NCBI RefSeq assembly: GCF_009914755.1
Contig: NC_060938.1
DNA length: 64,000 bases
Reading direction: 5' to 3' (one strand)
DNA from: the human T2T-CHM13v2.0 reference genome, Homo sapiens
The position numbers and the translations under genes were made by a program. Under the pieces are notes generated by a model. That model had not been told where the DNA came from and ran no database searches. It saw only the letters and a program-made list of their open reading frames with translations. This document shows positions 53,326-64,000 of this stretch, piece after piece (within the stretch, counting starts at the first letter, position 1; each line of letters begins with the position of its first letter).

Positions 53326-53658
53326 CTAAGCCAAGAAGATCTGGGAAGCAGTCAGAGAGCCTTGGGCCAGAGTTCTAGGGGCTCTGGGAGTGGCTGCCAG
53401 GTGAGTTGGACAGTCCGATTTCCAGTGGGGTCCCGCACAGATGAGACATGGCTTAGGAGGAATCCGGGGTTGCAGGCATTCCTTGGCCTGGTGGCCAGAT
53501 TTCTGGCACTTGTAGCAAGCTCCTGGGGGAGGAGGTTCTGGAGGAATGCCTGGCCGCTGTGGTTCAGGCATTTGGAAGTTCTTGTGTGCTGGAGATGTGG
53601 CTGGGGTTTGTCTCACAGTGGAGGCAAGGAATTGCAACTTTTTTCTATTACTGTACAC
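53326..53658 (-). pseudogene. gag: HERV-H gag nucleocapsid remnant
   Basis: Zinc knuckles CYKCQKSGHQAKEC and CLICAGPHWKSDC. Confidence 0.9.
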
Positions 53659-54620
53659 CTTGAAGGTGAGGTTAATTAAATCCTGTTGTGGGGTTTGAGG
53701 GCCGGAATTTAATTTTTAGAGTTTTATTTAATGTCGGGAGCAGATTGGGTAATAAAATGTATATTGAGACTAAGACGGCCTTTTGACCTTTTAGGGTCTA
53801 GGGCTGTAAAGTGTCTCAGGGTTGCTGCCAAACGAGTCATGAACTGGGCTGGGTTTTTGATGAAAGAGCCTAAACTCTAACTGATTTGGGAGAGGGCGGA
53901 TAAAGAAAAAGGAGCATTAACCTTGACTATGCCTTTAGCTTCAGCCACCTTTTTAAGAGGAAATTGCTGGGCAGGTGGGGGAGGGCTACTCACGGAATGA
54001 AACTGTAAACCGGACCGGGTGTGAGGAGGGGAGGTGATAAAAAGATTATAGGGTGGAGGAGTGGAGGCTGAGGAAGAATTGGGACCTACCTCAGCCTGAG
54101 GAGGAGGGGAGAGGTCAGATGGGTCTGTAGAAAAGGAAGATTAGAAAGACTCAGTGATGCTTGGGGTTGTGACTGAGGGGACAAGCAAGAGGGAAAGAAG
54201 GAGGATTTGGGATGAGTTGCATTGGGCACAGAGACTAGGAAGGGACCGATCTGTAAAAGGATGCCTGGACATCAGGCACCTCAGACCATTTGCCCATTTT
54301 ATGACAAGAATTATTTAGATCTTGTAGGATGGAAAAATTGAAAGTGCCGTTTTCCGGCTATTTGGAACTACTGTCAAGTTTGTATTGGGGTCAAGCGGCA
54401 TTGCAGAAGAAAATAAGACGCTTAGATTTTAGGTCAGGTGAGAGTTGAAGAGGTTTTAAGTTTTTGAGGATACAGGCTAAGGGAGAAGAAGGAGGAATGG
54501 AGGGTGGAAGGTTGCCCATAGTGAAAGAAGCAAGCCTAGAGAAAAGAGAGAGTAGAGACACGGAGGGAAGGGGTTCGGGGGTTCTTACCCTCCAGAAAAG
54601 CGGGAAAGGGGTCAGGGTGT

Positions 54621-54793
54621 GGAAATAAGGGATTGGGGCACAGAGATATAAGAGGTTGGGGCATGGAAATAAGGGATCAGGGTGCAGAGATATAAGAGGT
54701 TGGGGTGCAGAAATAAGGGATCAGGGCACAGAGATATAAGGGGTTGGGGCATGGAAATAAGGGATCGGGGCGCAGAGATATAAGGGGTTGGGG
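54621..54793. repeat. 4 x 44-bp tandem repeat in the HERV-H pre-gag leader
   Basis: Units ggaaataagggat.gggg..cagagatataag.ggttgggg start at 54621, 54665, 54709 and 54753. Confidence 0.9.
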
Positions 54794-55242
54794 TACTTGT
54801 CCCTCCCCTAGAAAAGCGGGATTTGCCACTAAGGCTGAAGGAGAAGGGGTTGGGGGTTTCTTGCCCCCCAGAAAGGCGAAGAAGGGGTAGAGACACAGAG
54901 AGAAGGGGTTGGGGTACTTGCCCCTTCCCCAGAAAAGTGGGACTTGGCGCTAAGGGTGAAGGACCAAGGCAGGTGTCCCTGCGTGGTCTGACACCTCTGA
55001 AACCTGGGTGAATAATCACAGAGGTGTCCCTGCAATGATTAAACACCAAGGGAAGGCTGCCTTCCCTAGTCTGTGACCGGTGCTGGAGTTTTGGGTACAC
55101 GGATAAAACGTGTCTCCTTTGTCTCTACCAGAAAATGAATTGAAATTAAAAGAAGGGAGAGATTGAAGTGTGGCACCAAGATTGAAGGGAGAAAGAGGCT
55201 GAGGGATAGTGAGGGAGGTTGGAGAAGAGAGTAAAAAGAGGC

Positions 55243-55252
55243 CGCTTACCCA
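55243..55252 (-). promoter_or_regulatory. HERV-H major splice donor
   Basis: Minus strand TGG|GTAAGCG, about 150 nt downstream of the 5' LTR, where the HERV-H donor is expected. Confidence 0.75.
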
Positions 55253-55375
55253 ATTTAAAATTGGTGAGATGTTCCTTGGGCTGGTGGGTCTGAGGACCTG
55301 AGGTCGTAGGTGGATCTTTTTCACAGAGCAAAGAACAGGAGGACAGGGGATTGATCTCCCAAGGGAGGTCCCCCG

Positions 55376-55393
55376 ATCCGAGTCACGGCACCA
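55376..55393 (-). other. Primer binding site for tRNA-His
   Basis: TGGTGCCGTGACTCGGAT, complementary to the tRNA-His 3' end (...ATCCGAGTCACGGCACCA). Confidence 0.96.
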
Positions 55394-55395
55394 AA

Positions 55396-55806
55396 TTCCA
55401 TGCAATTCCATGTGAAGAGACCACCAAACAGGCTTTGTGTGAGCAGCATGGCTGTTTATTTCACCTGGGTGCAGGCAGGCTGAGTCCAAAAAGAGAGTCA
55501 GCAAAGGGAGATAAGGGTGGAGCCGTTTTATAGGATTGGGTAGATAAAGGAAAACTACAGTCAAAGGGAGTTGTTCTCTGGCAGGCAGAGTGGGGGTCAC
55601 AAGGTGCTCAGTAGGGGAGCTTTTGAGCCAGGATGAGCCAGGAGAAGGAATTTCACAAGACAATGTCGTCAGTTAAGGCAGGAACAGGCCATTTTCACTT
55701 TTTTTGTGGTGGAATGTCATCAGTTAAGGCAGGAACCGGCCATCTGGATGTGTATGTGCAGGTCACAGGGGATATGATGGCTTAGCTTGGGCTCAGAGGC
55801 CTGACA
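55396..55806 (-). promoter_or_regulatory. HERV-H 5' LTR (LTR7), 411 bp, putative promoter/enhancer
   Basis: About 95% identical to the 3' LTR; TATA box cctataaaa near 55526-55534. Confidence 0.95.
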
Positions 55807-56559
55807 AAGCCCTCTGTGTTTCTTTCTCTTTCTCTCTCCCTTGTTCTTTTATCAACCCATGTACTGAAAGGCAGTAAGATGTAGCAGAAAGATTCCTGAA
55901 CTGCGAAGCAGAAGACCAAGGTTCACAAATTCTATCTTTTTCACTTTGTATTAATTAATAGTCACAACACATTGAATTCTTGAATTGTGCCAGGAACTTC
56001 AAAATCAGTCCTGAAAGAAAACTATTTTTCCAATTTAAAAATAAGGGAATTAAGCCTTCAAGAGATTAAAATAAATCATATCTAAAGTCACACTGCTAGT
56101 AAGTGAAAAGCAGAAATTTCAGACACTATCTGTTTAAGCCTAAATACCACCAATTATATCAATATTAGGAGAAGATGTGAACAAATTATTTAGATTCTTT
56201 GAATTCTATTTTTCCCTTCTATGAAATGCTGAGGCAGCATTTGGAGGTGGTATATTAAACAGACGTTCAGCTTGTGCAGAATCCCTCATGTAGCTTCTAA
56301 CATCTAATAATTTAATTTTCTTTTGACACATAAATTTGTCTATGATAATTTTAATCTATAATGAATAACATAATCTTGTATCCAATTCTATAATTAAAAT
56401 TTTCAAAAATATAAAATTATTTGTCACCCTTTAGGATTGGTACTTTTCCAAGATTCCACATCAGAAAATATACATACATACAAAGACCCATTCCCACACA
56501 TCCTAAAGGTCTATTCTAACGCTCTAACGCATGGGCTGAAAATAACCAAACCCACTTGG

Positions 56560-57970
56560 AAAAGAACCAAGATGAAGCAGTTATTCTAGCTGACTTTGAG
56601 TCTATTTATAAACCTTCAGTAATGAAGACATGTGGTACTGGCATCAAGAGAGAGAAATAGAATAGTGTAACAGAATAGTCTAGAAATAAATTCACACATA
56701 TATGACCAATAGGTTTTCAACAAAGATACAAAAGTAATTCAGGAGAATGAGGATAAACTTTTCTAAAAATGATACCTGAACAATTAGATATTTTTGTGCA
56801 AAGAAAGAAAAAGGGAAAAAGAAAGAAATTTGACCTATAAATCACAACATATACCAAAATTAATTCAAAATTACTACATACCTAAATTCAAATTTAAAAT
56901 GTATGTAAATTCTAATAAAAATAAAAGAAAATATATTTTTACATTTTATTGGAAAGAGTTCTTAAACACAACACAAAAAGTATAATCCATAAAGAAAAAG
57001 ATAATTTACAGTTCTCAAAATTAAGAATTTCTGTTTATAAAAAGCACTTTTAAGAAAATGAAAAGACGAGCCATAACAAAAAAGAAAGTAACTGCTAATC
57101 ATATAGCTGATTAGTGACTTTTGTCCTGCATATATTTAAAAACTCTCAAAACTCAGGAATTACAAAACCCCATCCCTGCTTAAAAAATGGGCAAAAGAAT
57201 GGGAAAGGCACTTATTTAAAGAAGATACATGAATGGCAAATAAACACATGAAAAGATACTCAAAACTCTAGGAAATTCAGATAAAAGCACATTGAGCTAC
57301 CACTGTAGATAGAATTAGTAAAAGGGCTAAAATAAAAAATTCTAACAAGAATGAGGAGTAACTAACTGGATTGTTCATCTACTGGTAGTAGAAGTGTAAA
57401 ATAGTACTATGATTTTGGAAAATAATGTAGTAGTTTTATACAAAGTTATACGTATTTCTCACCCATTCAATCTTAGATATTTACTAAAGAGAAATGGGAG
57501 CAAAACTCATAAAATCTGCATTTTCACAGAAGTATTATCAGTAAGAGCCCCAAACTGGAACCACCCAAAATGTCCATTAATAAGATGGATAAATGAATTG
57601 CAGTGTATCTATTAAGTGAAATATTATTCAGCAACACCAAAGAATGAACTATTGATACATACAACAACATGGGTGCATCTGCAAGTAAATATTCTGAGTA
57701 AAAGAAACCAAATAAGAAAGAAGATGCATTATACAATTCCATGTATATAAAATTCTGAAACTGCAAACTGATCTTTATTGATAGACAGCAGATCAATCGT
57801 TGCCTAGGGATGGGAGGAGGAACAGGAAAGCTGGATTGCAAAGGGATACAAGGACACTTTTGAGGGTGATGATTGTCTTGATTGTGGTTATGGTCTCATG
57901 GTATATACATATATCAAAATGTACCAAATGTAGCATTAAAACATGTATAGTTTGTTATATGTCCATTATT
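56560..57970 (+). mobile_element. Old L1 (L1ME/MC) ORF2 3' part and 3'UTR
   Basis: gaagacatgtggtactggcatc; aaatgggcaaaagaat; agccccaaactggaaccacccaaaatgtccatt. Confidence 0.85.
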
Positions 57971-57974
57971 AGGA

Positions 57975-58286
57975 CATATGTATATAACATTGAGGTACTT
58001 TAATGTCTTACATATTTATATCATGATGTATATAACCTTATATATGTTACGTATATCATATGTATGATATATAACATACCATACATTATATATTATATAA
58101 AACATATAATGTGTGTTATATATTTTATGTGTTATATATAATATGTGCTACATACGTTATACATAACGTATATGTTGTATGTAACATATGACAATGTTAT
58201 ATATAACATATATGTATATATGTGTATACATACATATATACACATATATAAATATATAAACATACATAACATATATTTATATATAA

Positions 58287-58334
<48 letters not shown>

Positions 58335-58350
58335 TGAGGTTCATTATATA
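57975..58350. repeat. AT-rich low-complexity tract including a perfect (TA)~21 at 58290-58331
   Basis: Visible directly. Confidence 0.95.
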
Positions 58351-59489
58351 TGTCCTAATAATGAACATCTAACAAATGGCACATTCGTTTTACAGGGCAA
58401 AGGACATTGGAGTTCTTTTTTACTTAAGGTTTGGTAGAATTCACCTGTATTACCACCTGTAATAGTCTATATTTTATGGGAGTAATTTAGTTTCTGGAAT
58501 AAATTAGTAAATGGCTAATATCATAGTCTGTTTGTGTTTCAATTAGTTTTAAGAACTAATTATTGTATATGTTAGTTCTACCATTTTCCTGTAATTACAG
58601 TGTTGATTTCCTCTGATGCAAGCTAAGAAGCAATGGTTGACATCATGTTAGCAGAGTGGGGGTAGAAATCTAGAAAATTTTAGCACTTTAAGCAAAATTA
58701 GATGTGTGGGTTTTTTTTGATTCACATATAAAATCAAAGGGGCATTTTAAGTAATATTTCTAGTTAAGGTAACTTTTTTAACAAATACTGGTTTCAAAAC
58801 ATATGTATGTCTTATAATAGTTAACAATGTGAATAATATTTTTTTAAAAGGGTTGTGATTTTCCTAATTAAAAAATTTAAAAATTAATCTGTACTAATTA
58901 AATGCACTACAATCATTTCATTGTTCAAGTTTGCTTGCACTGCTTCCAATAAATGTTTAAAATGACAAATGTAATAATTATATGTTCAAATAATTAAATT
59001 ATAAATGCTAGCCTATAAAAGTGGATTAATTTTTGTAATGTTAGAGGTAATAATGACTTAATTCCTTGCACTGTGTCAGTAAAAATTTCTGTCATATCTC
59101 TTATGAAAACACTTGTTTGTCAACATAATTTTAATATGTGTATTAAATAATGTATATAAAAAGTATATGTTAGGTAACAGTTTGGAAAGGATGAGTAGAC
59201 AACATTGGGTCATAATGATATACATGTTTATATTTGCCACTTTAATAAATGTGTAACAAATACGTATGAGTGAATGAAAATATACATGTCCTCATGAGTC
59301 ATAAAGTCTTTCCTGGAGCTCTGGTCTTCCAATCTGTGCTTAAATATGTCAAAGAGCTGTCATTTACTTGCCTTACAGTTTTCCCTGTGCCTGTGGGGGA
59401 CCAGAAGTAAATTACTTGGGTGAAAAGTTATAACTCTTATGTCTTGCTAGAACTATGTTCCTTATAATAGTTGTAAAACAATATGTGAA

Positions 59490-60830
59490 TAAAAAATGGA
59501 TATGTTTTTCCTCACTTTTTTTTTTGAGAAACAAAGAGATTAATTACGTCTTAAGTAAAATTGCCTTTTTGTGGCAGAAGGTGAAAAGAAGATAGTAAAC
59601 AGCATAGTTAAGTTGTAGAAGGTTTGAAGAGTTATGATGTTTATTTACTTTGGTGTAAAATACTTGCAAATAATGAGTTTGAAAGCATTAAACTGTGTGA
59701 AATTTTTACAGAGTTGTTTCAGTGTTTATGGCTTTGTTTATAAGATGAAGACCTGGCTTACTACAGAAAAAAATGTTACGTTGGTTGTATAAAAAGGGGT
59801 AAAACTATAATTTGGTTTATTTTCCGTTAAAATAGTTTTTTTTTTAATCTGTGTCTTCTTTGTGTTTTGTCTGGATAAGAAATATTTTATACCATGAGAC
59901 CTTAAATTTTTGTGACTTTTGTGCATATTCCTGATTTTTTTTTTGAGAAGTCACTCTTGAAAAAGCAAAGGATCCTAAAAATCTTTGCCACTTGGTTCTA
60001 TGTTTGAATATTACTTCAAACTTTTTGCCTTTATATGCCTCGAACTTATGTTCATGCTTTTTCTGCTTTGACAATTCTATTTGATATTACAGTTTTCAAA
60101 TTCAGCCTCCAAATTCACAGTAACAGAATATCATTTGCACCTCACCTATCTTTGGGGTTTCCCAGGTTGTTCCTGGGCAATGCCAAAAATAAACTCATTC
60201 ACTTTAAAAAATGAGAAGGGTAGAAATAATTAGGTAAGTTTGACATTTTTCATGTTTTTAATTTACTCAACATCATTGCAAGGGCTGTCCTGCTCATCAA
60301 ACCAACAATATGAGAAGAGCTAGAAAAATCAAAAGAGAAGTTCAACCTTTCCAGGTTAATTACATATAAGTAAAATGATATCAATATGAATGTATTTACC
60401 CAAATGTGTACTTTTTATGTTAGACACAAGCAAAAAATCCTGTTCTTGTATAAACAATGGTGGAATAGCTGTCAACAAGTTGATGTTTTAAAAATGTTTT
60501 ATATCGAAATTTAATTAGAGTGTCCATGTATTCATGCTCTTTGGCCAATTTTTTTTTAATTATGGGAGTTATGCCCATTGAAAAGACGGCACAAAGTTTG
60601 TGCTTGACCTTATATGGAGTTATCAGTAAGATCACCTTATCTCTGAAAGGCATTCAGGTCAGCTTTACTTCACTGGCCAGGGTTGTTATGAATAATAGAA
60701 TGGACTTAGACTTCCTCTTTGCAGGCCAAGATGTAGTCTGTGTAATTGCTAACACATCCTATTGTACATTGATTAACACCTTGGACCGACTGGACAAGTC
60801 CATACAAAAATTTTAGGAAAGTGTCTGAGA
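59490..60830 (+). mobile_element. Old ERV1 (MER4/MER34-group-like) internal remnant
   Basis: AT-rich internal-like sequence leading into a gamma-type env TM frame; family assignment and left boundary are tentative. Confidence 0.55.
60520..60816 (+). pseudogene. env: Gammaretroviral env transmembrane-subunit remnant (heptad repeat, ISD, degenerate CX6CC)
   Basis: SLKGIQVSFTSLARVVMNNRMDLDFLFAGQDVVCVIANTSYCTLIN fits the pattern SLAxVVxxNRxxLDxLxAxQGGVCxxxxxxCCxxIN. Confidence 0.88.
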
Positions 60831-60887
60831 CAGTCTGAGAGACTGTCACGATTTCCATTCTTTTGCATTTGCTGAGGAGTGTTTTAC

Positions 60888-62785
60888 CAGATTCTGCATA
60901 TGAGTAAGATTATGTGATATTTGTTTCTATTTCTGGCTTATTTCACTTATAATATTCTCTAGGTTCATACAGGCTGTTGCAAATGACAGAATTTCATTCT
61001 TTTTATGGCTAAATAGTAGTTGTGTATATATATTATCCTGTTGTTATCCATTCATCTGTTGATAAAGACTTAGGTTGATTGCATATGTTGGCTATGGTGA
61101 ATAGTGCTACAATAAACATGAGAGTGCAGATATCTTTCTGACGTACTGGTTTCATTTTCTTTGGGTAAATACTCAGCAATAAGATTGCTGGATCACATGG
61201 TAGTTTTATTTTTTATTATTTGAGGAACCTCTATACTATTTTCCATAATGACTATACTAATTTACATTCCCACCAACAGTGTATAAGTGTTTCCTTTTCC
61301 TCACATCTTTGCAACATTTGCTTTTTTCCATCTTTTTTTTTTATAATAGCCATTCTAACTGGAATGAGGTGATATCTCATTGTAGTTTTGATTTGCATTT
61401 TCCTGATGTCAGTGATTTTTTTCATATACTTTTTGGCCATTTGTATGTCACTTTTTGAGAAATGTCTATTTAGATCTTTTGCCTATTTTTAAATTGGATT
61501 ATTTGTGGGGTTTTTTGATAATGAGTTGCTTGTGCTCCTTATGTATTCTGGATATTAACCTTTGGGCAGATCTATAGTTTGCAAATATTTCCTCCCATTA
61601 TGTTGGATGTATTGTCACTTTATTGTTTTCTTGCTGTGCAGAAGCTTCTTAATTTGATGTAATCCAATTTGTCTATGTTTACTTTTGTTGCCTGTATTTT
61701 TGAGGTCTTTTCAAAAAAATCTGTGCATAGGTCAATGTCATGAAGCATTTTCCCTATGTTTTATTCCAGTGATATCATAGGTTTTGGTCTTACATTAAAT
61801 CTTTAACTCATTTTTGCATTTATTTGTGTATCTGCTGGGAGATAAGAGTCTAATTTTATTCTTCTATAAGTGGATATTCAGTTTTCCTAGCATAATTTAT
61901 TGAATAAATTGATCTTTCCTCAATGTGTATTTTTGCATTTTTGTCAAAAGTCAATTGGCCATAGATGTGTGAATTTATTTCTGGGCTCTCTATTCTGTTC
62001 CACTGGTCTGTTTTTATGCCAGTACCATGCTGTTTTAGTTACTATAGCTTTGTAGTGTATTTTGAAGTCAGGCAGTGTGATACGTCCAGCTTTGTTCCTT
62101 TTGCTCAAGATTGCTTTGGCTATTCAGGGCCTTTTGAGATTCTATATGAATTTTAGGTTTCTCTTTTCTACTTCTGTGAAGAATGTCATTGGTATTTTGC
62201 TAGGGATTGCATTGAATCTGTAAATTGCTTTGGTTAGAAAAACATTTAAACAGTCTTGTTTCTTTCAATTCATGAACATAGAATATTATTTCTTCTAATC
62301 CATGAAAACAGGACACAAATGAAATAGATTTCTTTTTCTTAATTATTTTTCAGTGTTTTCTAGTTTTTACTGTAGAGATTTTTCACCTCTTGGTCCAATT
62401 TGTCCTAGGTAGCTTATGTATTTTTTGTAGCTATTATCAATGGAATTATTTTCTAAATTACTTTTTCAGATACTTCACTGTTTGTTTATAGAAACACTAC
62501 TGATGTTTGTGTCTTGAGTTTGTATCTTGCAACTTTCCTGAACTTGTTTATTAATGTTAACAGTTTTTTGGTGGAGCATTTAGGGTTTTCTGTATGTAAG
62601 ATCACATGTCTGCAAACAGAGACAGCTTGACATTTTCCTTTCTAATTTGCATGCTTTTTATTTCTTTCTCTTGCCTAATTGCTCAGGCTAAGCCTTCCAA
62701 TATTATGTTGAATTGACATGGTGAAAATAGGCATCCTTGTCTTTTCCTGGATCTTAGAAGAAAAGTTCAACTTTTTCCTTTCCTA
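60888..62785 (-). mobile_element. L1MA-type fragment (3'UTR and ORF2)
   Basis: Antisense L1 motifs: tttacattcccaccaacagtgta; ttttatgccagtaccatgctgtttt; gtaagatcacatgtctgcaaacag. Confidence 0.92.
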
Positions 62786-63199
62786 TATACTATTCACCTG
62801 GATTCTCCAAGTGCAAACTTATAGTACATTAGTTTAAGTATTTGTTCATTCTCTCTTGCTTTTCCTCTCTTCCTGTTTATATTTTTTCTGAAACTGGTAC
62901 AAAAGTTTGTAGTACATTGCAGAAATAATTTCCCTTATCTCAAAATAAGTCATTGTTTATTTTTCATGAAAACATGGAACAATGATCACACTTGGGAAAT
63001 TATCATTAGTACAGTACTATTACCTAATTGACATACCTATATTAGATTTGTACACAAAGCCACTGTAGCCAGACAAAGTGGATTTATGTACGAAGTTCAT
63101 AAATGCTGAAAGAAGTTGATGTGTACATGAGGCATCATTACCCTGTGTTTCTACTTTTGCATATGCTTGAAAGTTTCCATAATATATAAATGTCTTTAT

Positions 63200-64000
63200 A
63201 TGGAAATGCAGAGGGGTAAAAATAGACAAGACAATTTTTTAGAAGAATCAAGTGTTAGGATTCATTCTATTGGATAGTAAAACTTGTAAAGATAACTAAT
63301 TAAAACAATGTGGTACGATATAAGGATAGACATGTATAAAAAACAGTCCCTCCATATGCAGACAAGTGATATACGCAAAAATTAGCACTACAGAGCAATG
63401 GGAAAGAACTGTTTTGCAATGAATGGTGTATAGTGCTGGCTAGTTGAATATCCATATGAGAAAAAAAATTACATTTCACAACCCCATTGCAAAGGACACA
63501 AAAATCAGCTTCAGTGAATCACAGATCTAATGGTAAAAAGTAAAACAATAAGACCTCTAGGTGATAACAGAAGACTATCTTGCTTAGGTAGGGGAAAATT
63601 TTTTACACAGGTTCCAAAAAGCTAACATTGATGAAAATAATTGATAAATTAGCTTATGTTGAAATTAAGAACTTCCATACAACAAAAGGTACCATTAAGA
63701 CTGTGAATAGGCAAGCCTCAGACAAGAAAAAGATAGTTTGCAACACTGAAACCAAAATAGGGCTTATATCAAGGATATATAAGAAACAAACGTGTAAAAA
63801 TGAATAATGCAATTTAAAGAAAGGGCAAGACACTAAAACATAAGATCCAAAAAACAAGATACTCATCCAGTTAATACCAAAAGATGTTTAACTTAGTTAT
63901 CAGGTAAATGAAGTTTAAAATCACCAATACAATATCCTTACACATTCACTGGAATGGTGAAAATAAAAATGACTAGCAACACTGAATGTAGACAAGCATG
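63200..64000 (+). mobile_element. Old L1ME-type ORF2 fragment
   Basis: aattaaaacaatgtggtac; gaataggcaagcctcagac; aagaaagggcaagacact. Confidence 0.75.

Larger units (their letters stand above)
49704..55806 (-). mobile_element. HERV-H provirus with two LTRs, about 6.1 kb, the common internally deleted form
   Basis: Paired LTR7s, His PBS, PPT, gag/pro/pol remnants; perfect 5-bp TSD AAGCC at 49699-49703 and 55807-55811. Confidence 0.98.

Noticed and set aside
55376-55393. Plus-strand match to the tRNA-His 3' end
   Set aside because: Only 18 nt and adjacent to the LTR; it is the retroviral PBS, not a tRNA gene

Overview
Primate (human-like) AT-rich intergenic or intronic DNA. I recognise no host protein-coding exon; almost all track ORFs are incidental frames in repeats. 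The window is dominated by interspersed repeats: about 11 Alu/FLAM copies, old L1M blocks, MIR/L2, MER DNA transposons and MaLR/ERVL LTRs. The main feature is a two-LTR HERV-H (LTR7-type) provirus on the minus strand (49704-55806). It has a perfect AAGCC target-site duplication, an intact tRNA-His primer binding site, a TATA box, a splice donor, gag zinc knuckles and a 442-codon RT frame whose YIDD motif reads YIHD. Other notable items are an unexplained 47-bp-arm hairpin with alternative folds (20901-21018), an older ERV1 env transmembrane remnant (60520-60816), DUX4-type motifs in three LTRs, and several duplication or repair scars. All family assignments come from recalled consensus sequences and manual alignment, not from database searches.
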